Origin: Octopus vulgaris
Taxonomy: Eukaryota
Assembly: GCA_951406725.2 (NCBI GenBank)
Contig: OX597827.1
Span: forward strand, 50,406,001 to 50,470,000
Direction of reading: 5' to 3'
DNA: 64,000 nt
The first letter of the stretch is position 1; each line of letters opens with the position of its first letter. The position numbers and the translations under genes are program-made. The notes under the pieces are model-generated. The model was not told where the DNA came from and made no database searches. It worked only from the letters and a program-made list of their open reading frames with translations. Shown piece by piece: positions 1-13,363 of the stretch.

Positions 1-240
1 CACGTTAAGCTATTTTACTGACTGGTAAAATACTGAGTGGTAATGAATAAAATTACTTAGCCTTCGAGCCTCAACAGCGGAGGTGTAGAGGTGAAGACGT
101 GATATCTGATATATTCAGAGTATTTTGAGACCTCTGCCAATTACTTCATGTTAAAGAGACAGAAGGATAGAAGGGCAGAAGGAAGCAAGTGCGAGAGAGA
201 GACTGAGACAGACAGACAGAGAGAAAGTGGGGTGGACCAA

Positions 241-320
241 GTGGAATCGACCTCAATATTGGTAGTTCATTTATCGACCCTGAAAAGGTAGAATGCAAAG
301 TTGACCTCTGTGATAATTTC
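241..320 (-). mobile_element. Degraded fragment of SINE family A (Meta/MESC-like core)
   Basis: Reverse complement resembles the core gaggtcgactttgcctttcatcctttcggggtcgataaa..gtaccag seen at 4.7-5.3 kb. Confidence 0.55.
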
Positions 321-1274
321 ATTTCAAAGCACATGAAGCTACATGAATAATTTGGGGTATTCCCTGTTGTGGTGGATATTCCGACCTTTCATCTTTCGAT
401 GAAAAGTGAACTAAAAGTAGGAGTCATTTTATTGGAGGTCAATGCCTTTTACAATAATGAATCCTGAATGTGAATAGAACCCTTGTAGAAAACAAATGGT
501 GATTACTCAATAGAAAGTGATATGTTTGTACGAAATAAAACTACGTGAAGGACTTTAATCGCGGCTGGACAAGCTTCAAATTATTTTGACCCATAAATAT
601 AAATTGCGAATATAAAGTAGCTTTTATGTAAATATTTTTCATAAGATATGAGATTGTTTTATATACCCAGTATTATCTTAGTATTAAAAATGTAAGGATT
701 TTTATTGATAACACACCTCTATAAGAAGCATTATCGATTTGTTTGTTGCGTAGCAATATTCTCTACTGATGTGCTCTCAAAGTTTATCTCTGAAGCTTAA
801 CTCACTGTAACGCATATTTTCTAAGATTGTATCAATAATGATTAAGCTAATCATATAATCTAGCTAACATGGTTAATTCTATATTTCTACATTAAAACCA
901 AGGTGACGTTGACATTATAAACATATAAAACACTATCGACCATACATATTCAATGTATGTGTTTTGTTTGTTCCCCGGTTCGCTACGATATAGCGCCTGG
1001 GGGACGACTCTCTCATAATGCTAGATGTTAAAACACTTGAAAGTCATACACAAGCGAGACAACTGTATATATACATATATATACATATATATATATATAG
1101 ATATATGTGTCTATACACATGTATATATATATATAAATCCATATATATATATATATAAATCCATATATATATATATCACAATCAAGGAACGGCCATAATA
1201 GGCCATTCACCCACTAGAAATAACAGCCAAAAGCTTTAACCGCAAAATAACATTAATACCGTAAACCAGGAGAA

Positions 1275-2200
1275 AATTGAAAAACTATGGTGCTATTTTT
1301 CTGTGAGAAAAACAGCACCATGGCGCCAATTCACACTCCCATTATTAAAGCAGAATTTCATTTGTTTGTCAAATTGTTGACTGAACAGACAAAAATAATA
1401 TCTTGATTTCGAAGCAAAGAAACACACTAAGTAAGGTTGCAATGATTTGAAAATATGAGAGTCAATCAGAGCAAGATCAGAAGTGCAAAGAGGCTGCTGC
1501 AAGACTTCCATATTTAGTTCCATAATTTATCCTGAATCACTGGGGCAATATGTACTCTTGCTTTATTGTTTAAGAGAAACACCTCTTTACAACCGACCAA
1601 TGATGGGCACTTATACTGCAGCTTTCAATTGGCGACAATACTTCTCCACATTAAATTAGTATAAGTTTTCTCGAGTGTAGTCCTTATTTGGGGATGGAAC
1701 CTCGTTTTTACATTGAGTGCTAACCATTGTCGTTGTCGTTAGATACAGTTATAGAGAAACCATTCTTTATAACTTGTTAAAATCCTACCCAGGAATGGTA
1801 TCAAGGTTACTCTTCAATGGCGTAAGGAGGAGAAATATTTGATTAAGATGAGAAGCACTCAGATGATGAGAGACACGCTAACGCAGTTTTGACACTTTTC
1901 CCAGTTCATGAAGGTGTTTTATGATCAAAGTATGACTAGAGTTGAACTGTTTTGATAATTTTTATGCCGTATTCTTTGGATTTCCCTCAGCTATGGTTTT
2001 CATATGTTCAGTTTTGACAAAACTTAGTCGTCTACATCAAGGGGAATCTGTGAGAGAAAGATTTCCCCAGCGAAACTGGCCAAACTATCATTGGCATCTC
2101 TGGACACTTCAAGCTTCACGTCCATAGACAAAACGAATATTTCTTACTGTTTCTATTGCTGAAGAGGCACTCGTAAATTCACACAGCAGGAAGTGTCTGA
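1275..2200 (-). mobile_element. Highly degraded near-full-length mariner transposase remnant
   Basis: Minus-strand pieces in correct order: VYGREA*SVQRCQ**FGQFRWGNLSLTDSP (HTH region), PFLGRILTSYKEWFLY (cf. FLDRIVTGDEKW), EVLQQPLCTSDLALIDSHIFKSLQ (cf. HPPYSPDLAPSDYHLF). Confidence 0.75.
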
Positions 2201-3615
2201 TAAGGGCCTGATCTAAATTCATTTTAATTGGATACAATGGATACGAATGTGATCAATTTAAAGTAATCTGCAAAGAACGGAAAAGAAACAGCTAACGTGC
2301 TGGTGGGATACTGCTAAATGGAGAAGGTATGTTTTATCGAGTTCTGAAGAAAAATATCGCTTTGGTCGTAATACAGATGCCGGAGAGCATAAATAAGTGT
2401 ATTTCAGCTAGATGTTACAGCGCGAGATTGCCATTTTCCAATTGGGCGAATTTTACTCTTGAGGATGCGAGAATTATGCTCTTATCTTAAGTGTTCTGGT
2501 TGCTTGCATTTGATGTTCTATAATGTAATAATGGAGAAGAGGATTCGGTAAGCACTGCTTTAAATCGACTGTTGTGAAGCCAAATTTCTAGTTAATTGAA
2601 CAGAGCTATAGTTGAGCATTTATATAAGAATGGATGGAGTATATAAATGCGATATTATCTGCATGTTGCAGTGTGTACATTTTGAATGGATGTAAGATGG
2701 TTGCGTATGTAACCATCAGTTAGCATGTAAAAGGCGTGGAACTGACACTCGTTCACAGATATACATTTAGACTGTAAAGAAGCGTCTACGTAATCAATGA
2801 ACATGATAAAATTAGCTCCAAAACCTTAAAGTTCACCCACTATCTAAAAAAGTGAATGAATATACAAGGTAAATTGGACATGATTTTAACATGCCAACAA
2901 AGAACGCGAGATTGTCACCGTTGCACTGCCGTACGAACAGTAAAAATTCAGTACAAGTCTTACCTCTTGATACATGATTGTGTGTGTTCTTCTGCTACTG
3001 TAGAAAACTAGTTCAATGATGTTTTCTAGGGCATTGTTCATGGAAATATTGTATGTTTGTTTCGAGGTGTTAAGCCGTCATTTGCACGAAGCCAAGCTTC
3101 TCATGGAACTGAAATGTTTTGCCGTGACTTTTACATTTTTCTGTGGAACATTAACTGCATGATCCAAGTGAAAATCTGATAATTAAATGCACTTATGTGA
3201 TTGATACATGGGACATAATCTTTATATCCGAATCTGTCAACAAAAATTGTATAAATACTCTAATAATCACCAAGGATATTCATGTGTACCGACCAGAGTA
3301 GCAAATCCCTTTATGAAATGTAAAATTTTTCTAAGCTTTAAGTATATTAATGAAATATTTACCATTTTTGCAACACCAGTTACATACGAAAACAAAATAT
3401 TTACAGCTGTTGCTCAAAAAGTATTGTTTTTAAATATCTACCTTTGAAATCAGCAATGGTAATAATACTTTTATCTTTTAATGACTACGAAACAAGATTC
3501 TTGGTTTATCTATTGACTTATTCTCGCGTTATTTATATGGTGATATCATCTAGTATAATTATCAGGTTGAATCTGAGGATTTTTCGTATGTCAAGCTATA
3601 ATTAATAGTTCAAAC

Positions 3616-3898
3616 GAATTACGATGCCAGCGTTTTACAAGGTCATATGATGGGGCATCATCACCATAAGTTACTTTCATTTCATCAAAAGTCTCCCGTG
3701 GTGTGCGTCCTTTCAAATACAAAAACCGGATCACTGCTCGACACTCAACAGGCTCCATTTCACACTTGACTCGGTTCAAACACCTGTAAATCAGAAACCA
3801 CAATTAATTCAGAGCTGTAATTTGCCACTTACTCTATAGAGATATAAATGATTGCACATGCAAGTGGGTCAGAGGCATTACTTATTGAACGTCCCTCG
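3616..3898 (-). mobile_element. 5' end of a mariner (TIR plus transposase N-terminus), same family as 6433-7660
   Basis: Translation matches ORF 6510 through ...DLVKRWHR; ends in TIR aagtgggtcagaggcattacttattgaacgtccctcg followed by TA, matching the TIR at 7624-7660. Confidence 0.9.
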
Positions 3899-4678
3899 TA
3901 ATTAAGTTAATCGTGCTACATTCAATATTTTAAAGCAGTGTAAAGAATGTTTATATCATTCGAACTGATGTTATTGCTTAGGGTGAGAAAACTGTATCTC
4001 ACCGTTTTCTTTCGGAAGAATTCGATAGAATACTAAATGTCTTGTATGAACTCTTGATCTAAGGTTAAAATAATTATATTTTGGAGGAAAAGTTATGAAT
4101 TTGCTAAATATTTTAGACAAATATTAACTGTAATCAAAAGTGGCAACAGATAAGAAGTTGTCGACGCCAGGCATGTTAACTAGCCTGCAACTAAACTCGT
4201 ATCCAGATAATTCGGAGGAGGATCAAGAATAGCAAATTAAAATTTAAAAATTCTATATTTATATAAGCTCTGACACCTAACCTAAAGTAATAATGGGAAA
4301 ATTAAAATACCAGAGAAATGTAACAGTTTTTAATAAAGTTGAAAACGTTTCTAATAGTTTGTATTAATTTTATGAACGGTGCGATATTGAAATAGTTGTC
4401 CGGTCGTCATCGATATTTAGATTGGATGAAATTTCCGAATTTGCATCTCAATATTCAAATAGCCTGTTTTAAACTTGGCATGAAATACTTTAAGAATGGT
4501 GGTGTAGACTTTCTAATAAATACAACGTGACGAAGAAAATAAGTTGTGTAATATTACATAAGTAGTTAATTTAATCATTCGCAATGAAGCTTTGTCAGAA
4601 ATCATGGGCTCTGTTCAGTCTCAAAAGAGTGCAAAAGTAGAAAACAGAACATTATAACATTATAGCAATATTGTGTAA

Positions 4679-5322
4679 GGTGGAGAGCTGGTGGAATCGT
4701 TAGTGCGCCGGGCAAAGTGCTTAGCGATATTTCGTCTGCCGCTACGTTCTGAGTTCAACGAGGTCGACTTTGCCTTTTATCCTTTCGTGGTTGATTAAAT
4801 AAGTACCGGTTACCCACTGGGGTCGATATAATCGACTTAATCCGTTTGTCTGTCCTTGTTTGTCCTCTCTGTGTTTAGCTCCTTATGGGTAGTAAAGAAA
4901 TAGGTATTTCATTTGTCTTCACGGTATCAGTTCAAATGGCGGAGCTGACAGAAACGTTAGCACGCCGGGCGAAATGCTTAGCGGTATTTCGTCTGCCGTT
5001 ACGTTGTGAGTTCAAATTCCGCCGAGGTCGACTTTGTCTTTCATCCTTTCGGGGTCGATAAATTAAGTACCAGTAACGCACTGGGGTCGATGTAATCGAC
5101 TTAATACCTATGTACGTCCTTGTTTGTCCCCTCTATCTTTAGCCCCTTGTGGGTAGTAAAGAAATAGAAATAGGTATCAGTCCAAATTCTGTGGAGGTTG
5201 ACTTTGCCTTTCATCATTTCGAGGTCGATAACATAAGTATCAGTCAAGTACTGGGGTTGATGTATTCAACTTACGATTCCCCCGAAGTTGCTGGCCTGTG
5301 CCAAAATTCAAAATCATTATTA
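4679..5322 (+). mobile_element. Composite tRNA-headed SINE A/B cluster
   Basis: A-box-like gagctggtggaatcgttag, B-box-like gagttcaa, Meta-like core present three times, B tail ...gggtagtaaagaaata and A tail ...aaaatcattatt. Confidence 0.85.
4938..5172 (+). mobile_element. Full-length SINE B nested in an A copy
   Basis: Flanked by 15-bp TSD ggtatcagttcaaat (4923-4937) / ggtatcagtccaaat (5173-5187); (gaaata)n tail. Confidence 0.9.
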
Positions 5323-6214
5323 CAATATAAACATGTGCAAGTTACTTTAAGCTTTTAAGAGTATATCATAACATGTTATGGTATACAAATTTCATGAAAC
5401 ACGGAAGTAAAACACATGGCCAACTAGTTCCATCCTTATTGTTTCTCTTATAATTTATTACTTTAAGATATATTTTATCCATTTTGCTATATGTTTTTAT
5501 GGAAAAAGCATTAAAAGACGAAATATAACTAAAAGGATTTTATTGATGAAATACAAGAGTAAGATCTTCATAATCCCATCAAAATATTTCTAGCATATCG
5601 GTTTCTTCTTGAGAAGAAAATAAAATATAAATGATACAAGAGAAAATTTGCGTGAGAAAAATCTCTTCTGTTGGAACTGGCAACATATGTGTAATTGACC
5701 CAAAATATGAGAAACAAGCAGTGTTCGAACATAGCAGAAACATTAAGGCAACGTTTCGCTGAAATTAACGATTTTGATATCTGCTAGCCCAAAACATTTA
5801 CTTTTCATCTGCGACAGTCGTCAAAGCATATTTACTTTTACTCCTGTTATAAAGACAAATGGTTTTAAGTTTATTTGAAAGCATAGCCTTTCATCGTAAA
5901 CTCCCTATTATCTGAAACAATATTTGGTTTATTAAATAAATTTCACGCATTGTTCAACCGATAAATAAATGATTCACACAAGAAATTTTTTGATCTTTAA
6001 AAATTAAGAAACTGCATTATAATACAATACAGCAGGTTGAGTGAAATGGTTTTTACGGATTTTAACATAATATTTGGCAACTTGTATCTCCATGTAAACA
6101 TCATCAATTTAATACAACTTGTAATCCAATCGTTGCTGATTCTTTTTCTTTATTTTTATAAATAACATTTAAATATCAATTGTCTGTTCTTAAAAAATTA
6201 GAATTAGACCCATT

Positions 6215-6420
6215 TTACGATTCATGTGGAAGAAGAAAACTGATTGCTAGAGCAACGTCAAAACAAATTATAATGCGGAAGGTACAGGAACTGTCAACGA
6301 ACGTGTAACACAAAATTGGTTCAGACATATGAAAGAAGGTGGCTCCAGCTTGAAAGAAAAGTGAAGGTCAGGGAGACCTGATGATGAGGCATTGCTTAAA
6401 ATGATTGAACAACAGTCAAG
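6215..6420 (+). mobile_element. Degraded N-terminal fragment of a different mariner
   Basis: GTVNERVTQNWFRHMKEGGSSLKEK*RSGRPDDEALLKMIE resembles the mariner HTH and RSGRP motif. Confidence 0.7.
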
Positions 6421-6432
6421 CGCACACATAGT

Positions 6433-7660
6433 CGGTAACTAGCTGAAATTTTGCATTGCAATTATTTATATCTCTATAGAGTAAGTGGTAAATTACAGCT
6501 CTGAATTAATTGTGGTTTCTGATTTACAGGTGTTTGAACCGAGTCAAGTGTGAAATGGAGCCTGTTGAGTGTCGAGCAGTGATCCGGTTTTTGTATTTGA
6601 AAGGACGCACACCACGGGAGACTTTTGATGAAATGAAAGTAACTTATGGTGATGATGCCCCATCATATGACCTTGTAAAACGCTGGCATCGTGAATTCAA
6701 ACATGGTCGGAACTCTGTGGAAACAGCTCCCAGATCTGGTCGCCCCTTCTGCCATTGATGAGGCATCTGTCCATCAAGTTGAGGCTGCCATTTTGGAAGA
6801 TCGACGCATAATTATTCGCCAAATAGCCCATGAGGTCAAGATTAGTACCGGGTCTGTTGAAACTATCATTCATGACCATTTGCATATGCAAAAGGTGTCT
6901 GCCAGATAGATTCCCAGGTTGCTCACACCTTTCCAGAAGCAAGAACGCGTCGAGTGCTCGAGGGTGAATTTGGAGATGTGCCAAGAAGATGAGTCCAAAT
7001 TTTTCAAAAGACTGATTACACAGGATGAAACCTGGGTCCATCACGATGATCCAGAGACCAAAGCCCAGTCAATGCAGTGGAAGCACCGTGACTCACCCCC
7101 TCCAAAGAAGGTAAGGGTGAAGCCCTCCGCTGGCAAGGTCATGCTCACAGTCTTCTGGGACCAGGACGGAGTAGTGATGACAGATTTCCTAGCAAAGAGC
7201 TTATTATGCTTCACTTTTGAGGAAATTAAGAGAAGTTATAAAAATCAAGAGGCGGGGCAAAATCAGCAAAGGCATCCTCCTCCTGCAGGACAACGCTCCG
7301 GTCCACAACTCGCTTGTCGCCAGATCAGAAGCACAGGCGTATGGCTATGAACTCCTCCCCCATCCCCCTACTTTCCTGACCTTGCACCCTCTGATTTTCA
7401 CCTCTTCCCAGTCATGAAGTTGTTTTTGAAAGGAAAGCGTTTCCCAGATGATGCAGCCTTGATTTCTGAAGTCACGTTCAGGTTGGAGGACCAAGCTGGG
7501 CTCTTCTACAAAAACGGTCTCCAGAGCTGCATCAAACAATGGGAGAAATGCGTAACTCTGGGTGGTTCCTATGTAGAAAAAGACTAATAACTGTGCCAAG
7601 TTTCGTTGCTCTACTGCTATGGGAAGTGGGTCAGGGGCATTACTTATTGAATGCCCCTCG
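6433..7660 (+). mobile_element. Mariner element lacking its 5' TIR
   Basis: 3' TIR gggtcaggggcattacttattgaatgcccctcg followed by TA (7661-7662); contains the transposase pseudogene. Confidence 0.92.
6555..7587 (+). pseudogene. DD34D mariner transposase pseudogene (frameshifts and an in-frame stop)
   Basis: MEPVECRAVIRFL..RSGRP, KVSAR*IPRLL (WVPRxL motif), ITQDETW, QDNAPVH, HPP/..PDLAPSDFHLF, WEKCVTLGGSYVEKD*; spread over several frames. Confidence 0.93.
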
Positions 7661-8203
7661 TAAATGGAAAGTTCAATGCGGAATAAGCTGTTTTCTCCTT
7701 GGAAAATATCAAAACAATCATAACAGATGACGCACTGGCTATTGAAGTGTTTCCAACTTTACAGATACATGTTATTATATAGGAGTACATTCCAGGAGTC
7801 AACCAGCCCATCAGTAAACAAAGCTTTGAATGATTTGCATTCTTCATAGTTAATAGCTTGTTTGCTAGCATGAATTGCTGGTTTTATTATTTGGGAAGCA
7901 ATTAGTTGATCAATATTTAATTTGTACACAGTCTATAAAAAAAACCAAAAAAACATCTTATTCGTTCATTCGTGCATTTCAAGCTTTAAAGCCAAATAGC
8001 TTGCTCGAAGGTTCTGAATACTTTCACTTACGGTTATAAAACGTTGGCTAATTTATTCTCAGACTCAAGCCATACGGTAGTTCACACAGCCATGTCACTT
8101 TGCTCACTGAGTTGGTCTCTTTCTTTCACTTTTTCTTACTTATCATGCTTATTGTATCGACCTTGATTTGTAGTGTCGATTAATGCACATATTACGTACA
8201 TGA

Positions 8204-8498
8204 GTGGAGGCACATAGCCTAGTGGTTAGAGCAGCGGACTCGCGGGCGAGGGATCGCCGGTTCAAATCTCAGACCAGGCGATGTTTATGAGCGAAACACC
8301 TAAACTCCACGTGGCCCCGGCAGAAGGTAATGGTGAGCTTCTGCTGACTCTTTCGCCACAACTTTCTCTCACTCTTTCCTCCTGCATCTTGAAGCTCACT
8401 TGCGACGGACCGGCGTCCCGTCCAAGAGGGGAACCTATACGCCAAGAAACCGGGAAACCGGCCCTTATGAGCCAGGCATGGCTCGAGAAGGAACAAAC
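8204..8498 (+). mobile_element. tRNA-derived SINE D1 (V-SINE-like block in its 3' part)
   Basis: A box tagcctagtggttag, B box ggttcaaatc; gcgacggaccggcgtcccgtcc resembles the V domain; TSD attacgtacatg (8191) / attacatacatg (8499). Confidence 0.85.
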
Positions 8499-9024
8499 AT
8501 TACATACATGCAATGGTTCTAACTCATTCTGACTATTTCGTCTTTAATAACTATGAATTACTTTCATAATATGGTCTACCATATTCTATTAAAGAAGATT
8601 CCTAACTGTTATGTTCGTTATCGCTTGAACGTTGTTTCATTATGGCAAATATATCTACACATATAAATATGAAGGATGCGGATTAACAAAAATGTATTTA
8701 AAAAAATCAAATTGATATTCCTGTCATCGCTATTGCCTTTAAATACAGCCTTCCTAATATTGTGAACTATCGACGACGGATTGCTGGTCAAATCTTGCAC
8801 TGAAAAGGGTTTCTGAAAATCTGTGTTTCCATCATTACGACAAGAATATTTTGCTCAAAGATACCACCTTATTTTACAGTTTCCACTGTATGCAATGCTA
8901 CGAGACAGCCTAATGGTTGAAATAAGCGAACAGGTTCCGGTTTTACACCAAACCAAAATATCTTCGTTGAAACTCCAGTTGCTTTGCTGAACTATCAAGT
9001 TACTCTTTGTACAGTTCTCACTCA

Positions 9025-9061
<37 letters not shown>

Positions 9062-9212
9062 CCTCTTTCCTGCACGCGCGTACACACACATACATACACA
9101 CAAACGCACACGCACGTGTGCATGTGTACGCATATATGTATATTTCTATAACTGTATGTATGTATGCGTGTGGTAATGTGTTTCCGTGTTTTTCTTCCTC
9201 TCTCTTCATATA

Positions 9213-9243
<31 letters not shown>

Positions 9244-9659
9244 CTGTGTGTGCGTGGGTGTGTGTATGTATGCATGTGTGCTCACGTGTGTCTTTGTTTT
9301 TCTATATGTAATCCATTTTACACATTCGTGAAATAGCTTCTATTATCAAGTTCTTTGTGTCTCCTATATCAATACTGTAATACCTATATGCAGACATTTG
9401 TATTTTAGTCATATAGTAGAATATGTTGTACCTATCACAAAACCCAACTATTTATTGCTTCAGTGATCCAATCATATTGAATGACTGTAGACATTATTTG
9501 CTTTTTGTTTGTTTGACTTTTATCAGCAGGTCAATTCACCGACAATTTTGTTCTCTACTTTGTTTCTTTTCTAAGTCTCAAAATAGTATTGATACTCATG
9601 CTTATTATTTGCTTTTTGTTTAGTTCTTCAGCTGACATAAATTTCTGAATAGTTTGCTA

Positions 9660-9660
9660 C

Positions 9661-9718
<58 letters not shown>

Positions 9719-9883
9719 TACTTATTATTATTATTGTTGTTGTTGTTGTTATTGTTGTTATTATTATTATTATTATTATTATCATCATCATCATCATCAT
9801 CATCGTCATCATCATCGTCATCATCGTCATCATCATCATCATCATCGTCATCATCGTCATCATCATCATCATCATCATTATTA

Positions 9884-9935
<52 letters not shown>
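9660..9935. repeat. Compound trinucleotide microsatellite (TTA)n(TTG)n(TTA)n(TCA/TCG)n(TTA)n
   Basis: Directly visible. Confidence 0.98.
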
Positions 9936-9943
<8 letters not shown>

Positions 9944-9947
9944 CTAT

Positions 9948-10480
9948 TCAGTGAGAGAGCAGTGCTTGCCATCAAAGTGACACTGGGGTAAAATATATGT
10001 AGCCCAGTATACCCATCATGATTACCCGCCCGATAAGGGTACACCAGGAACATGCATCGCAACCATATGTGCACGACATAGTGATATCAAGATAAAAAGC
10101 GCATGACCTTGCAGGTGGGGCCCAGTTAGAATTTTCTTCGCATTGAATAGCCCATTCCGCTCAAAAGGTCACTGAATGAGGTTTGTTTAAAGATGATGAA
10201 CAAAACATCCCTATTTCCAGAGGTGAATTATTCAAACCCCAAACAGTTCCTCTGAACACATGGCTATGATGCTCCACCACTACTTCTGCTCATATTGTCA
10301 GTCACTAAGGGACATGCTCAAATGGTTAAGGTCAAACAACTGACCCGCAAATCTGTGGTATTGAGCAGAATATTTACTGTAGCCCATCTTTTGTACCAAG
10401 ACAAAATAATGTACATGATAACACATCCAATCAGTTAAGATCAAAGCCATGAGAGCCATTACCTGGTACTGCTTCAGGGC

Positions 10481-10482
<2 letters not shown>
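9948..10482. mobile_element. Family F non-coding ~540-bp element embedded in (TTA)n
   Basis: Colinear with 48154-48729; same ends (gtgagagagcagtgc... / ...cagggcatt); (TTA)n on both sides. Confidence 0.85.
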
Positions 10483-10524
<42 letters not shown>

Positions 10525-10530
10525 GCGTTA

Positions 10531-10756
10531 AGGTAGCGAGCTGGCAGAATCGTTAGCGCACCGGACAAAATGCTTAGCGGCATTTCGTCCTTCTGTACAT
10601 TATGAGCTCAAATGCCACCCAGGTCAACTTTGCGTTTCTTCTTTTCGAGGTTTGATAAAATAAGTACCGTTTGAGTGCTGGGTCGATGCAATCGACTAGC
10701 CTTCCTCCCCCAAAATGACTGGCCTTGTGCTAAAATAATTTCAAATCATTATTATT
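10531..10756 (+). mobile_element. SINE A
   Basis: gagctggcagaatcgttagc head, Meta-like core, (att)n tail. Confidence 0.85.
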
Positions 10757-11264
10757 AAAAAAATCAAAAACAAAACTAATATTTTTCAAAAAAGTATCTA
10801 ATGTTAATTTTAAATGCTTAAGAAAAGTATTTCTCATTCGAATATGAAATTAAGCAACGTGGAGTATTATTGATTTGCTAAACTAATTAAAAGTTTGGGG
10901 ACTGCTGATTTATAAACGTGCATTCCTTGATTTGAAATTGTCCAAATTAAGCGAAATTGAAGATGTTATCTGAACTTCGTCTTGACGTACGTCATTCAGT
11001 AAATCACCACTCAGTTGAATTCTTAAACGCCTCTGACAAAATGGGAAGAATTGTTACATTTTAGATAAAAGTTGGGACAATGGCCTTAGAGCCGAATATA
11101 AAACAATAATTTGCCTACCTTATCCTCTTTCAACAATCGTTAGGCCACTGAAATATGATCATATCACAGATACATAACATAATCTCAACTGCCAATGCTG
11201 GATTTAGCCAAGCTGCAACTCAGCTTAAGTTTAAAGTGAACGGAGGAGACACTGTACAGTCGTT

Positions 11265-11420
11265 TGACCAGTTACAAATAACGGCCAAATTTCCTTCAAA
11301 TCACATTCTACAATGCAAAGATAAAATGGATTATGTAATTCCTGATCTTTGAAAAAATGGGACGAATTTGATCATAGATTAGCTCAATCAGGAATTACCT
11401 GGGTTAAAACGATACAACAT
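11265..11420 (+). mobile_element. Degraded family H repeat (relatives near 1.2, 20.2, 31.7, 42.6 and 43.9 kb)
   Basis: Shared motif ctagaaatagcagccaaat...tttgatcatagg...ctaaacaac. Confidence 0.55.
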
Positions 11421-11920
11421 GAACTAACGGATGTATAAAAATTCTTCCACATATTGTCGGCCTTCTGAAGTTCCACTGAAAACTATATGTTTAAAATATT
11501 TTCTCATGAGTTCGCATTCCTGCCATACTCATCGTGCCTTAATGCATTTAGTACCGCATTATTCAGGAAGATTCTTCTTTTTTAGATGACATGCTTATTT
11601 TTACTGATATTTATAACATATTGCATTAAATACAAATTTAGGTTTAGCGTAGTTAGTGCATTCTTCGATTTTACTCCTCTTAACTTTTAAGAAGTCTTGC
11701 AAAGATAGGTTTTTGAAAGTGATAATTGCGAGGATATTGATAAATTTTCCTAGGTCTATATGTAACTACGTCATATATATGTACTTCCGGTCAGCATGTC
11801 TGAATAGTCGTCAATAATGTCAGATGTAGAATATGCACTAAGCCGATGGTAACATTCTGAACAGTTATGTGCTATAATGATATAAAATGTAAAGGCTGCT
11901 TAATGATATAAAAATGTAAA

Positions 11921-12318
11921 GGCCTAGGAGTGGCTGTGTAATACGAAGCTTGCTTCCCAACCACATGGTCCCGGGTTCAGTTCCACTGCGTGGCACCTTG
12001 GGCAAGTGTCTTCTACTATAGCCTTGGGCCGACCAAAGCTTTGTTATTGGATTTGGTAGACGGAAACTGGAAACCCGCCGTGTATATGTATGTATGTATG
12101 TATAATGTATGTATGTATGCATGTATTTGTGTGTCTGTGTTTGTCCCCCACCATCGCTTGACAACCGGTGCTGGTGTGTTTACGTCCCTGTAACTTAGCG
12201 GTTCTTTTGCAGAACTAGGCTTAGAAGGAAAAAGTCCTGGGGCTCATTTATTCAACTGAAGGCAGTGTGCCAGCATGGCCACAGTTAAATGACTGAAGCA
12301 AATAAAAGAATAAAAGAG
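11921..12318 (+). mobile_element. SINE C (tRNA head, CORE-like block, internal microsatellite)
   Basis: gtggctgtg..., gggttcagttcc, CORE-like accttgggcaagtgtc, internal (TATG)n, (taaaaga)n tail. Confidence 0.88.
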
Positions 12319-12402
12319 ATCAATTTCACTCCACGAGTATGGTTTTCTTTCCTTTCCGACTTAGGGACAACTAATTGATATATGCGCGTGTGTGTGTGTA
12401 AT

Positions 12403-12446
<44 letters not shown>

Positions 12447-12509
12447 GTGTGTGTGTGTGTAAGTGTGTATGTATGCATGTATGTATGTATGCGTGTATAT
12501 ATATATACA

Positions 12510-12673
12510 GTCGCAGGAGTGGCTGTGTGGTAAGTAGCTTGCTTACCAACCACATGGTTCCGGGTTCAGTCCCACTGCGTGGCAATTTGGGCAAGTGTCT
12601 TCTACTATAAGCCTCGGGCCGACCAAAACCTTGTGAGTGGATTTGGTAGACCGAAACTGAAAGAAGCCCGTCG

Positions 12674-12762
<89 letters not shown>

Positions 12763-12766
12763 ATAT

Positions 12767-12806
<40 letters not shown>

Positions 12807-12997
12807 GTGTGTGTGTGTTTGTATGTCTGTGTTTGTTCCCCCTCCCAACATCGCTTGACAACCGATGCTGGTGTGTTCACGATAGAATAAGTACTAGGGT
12901 TACAAAGAATAAGTCCTGGGGTCGATTTGCTCGACTAAAGGCGATGTTCCAGGATGGCCGCAGTCAAATGACTGAACAAGTAAAAGAGAGTAAAGAG

Positions 12998-13000
<3 letters not shown>
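12510..13000 (+). mobile_element. SINE C with expanded internal (TA)n/(TG)n
   Basis: Colinear with the 11921 copy. Confidence 0.9.
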
Positions 13001-13068
<68 letters not shown>

Positions 13069-13082
13069 TAAATAACTTATAT

Positions 13083-13300
13083 ATAACTCTGAAATTGGGA
13101 CCAATACGGTATTAACGGAATTTTTTAGAAATTTCTATCGGCTTGCTTCGAGACGCATAAATTATAATGGTTGTTGACAATTTGTCTATTTTCGGCATAT
13201 TTGGCATTAGAATTTTTCTTTTAAATTTAACCTTTAAAGGTATTTTTTAATATGCTGGCCATTGATAAAATTTTTTTCGAAAAATCTTATCCCATATTAG
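13083..13300 (+). mobile_element. Partial family G (Penelope-like pseudo-LTR) between (TA)n tracts
   Basis: Matches 57897-58030 joined to 58556-58635, without the Helitron; keeps only the 3' half of the hammerhead (gaaattgggaccaatacggta). Confidence 0.75.
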
Positions 13301-13303
13301 ATG

Positions 13304-13363
<60 letters not shown>

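Noticed and set aside
6510-6530. Splice-acceptor-like tttctgatttacag upstream of the mariner ATG (possible domestication)
   Set aside because: Also present in the 3.8 kb copy, so it is element sequence, and the transposase is frameshifted
9654-10074. Poly-I/Y/H/D/N/S ORFs
   Set aside because: Translations of trinucleotide microsatellite
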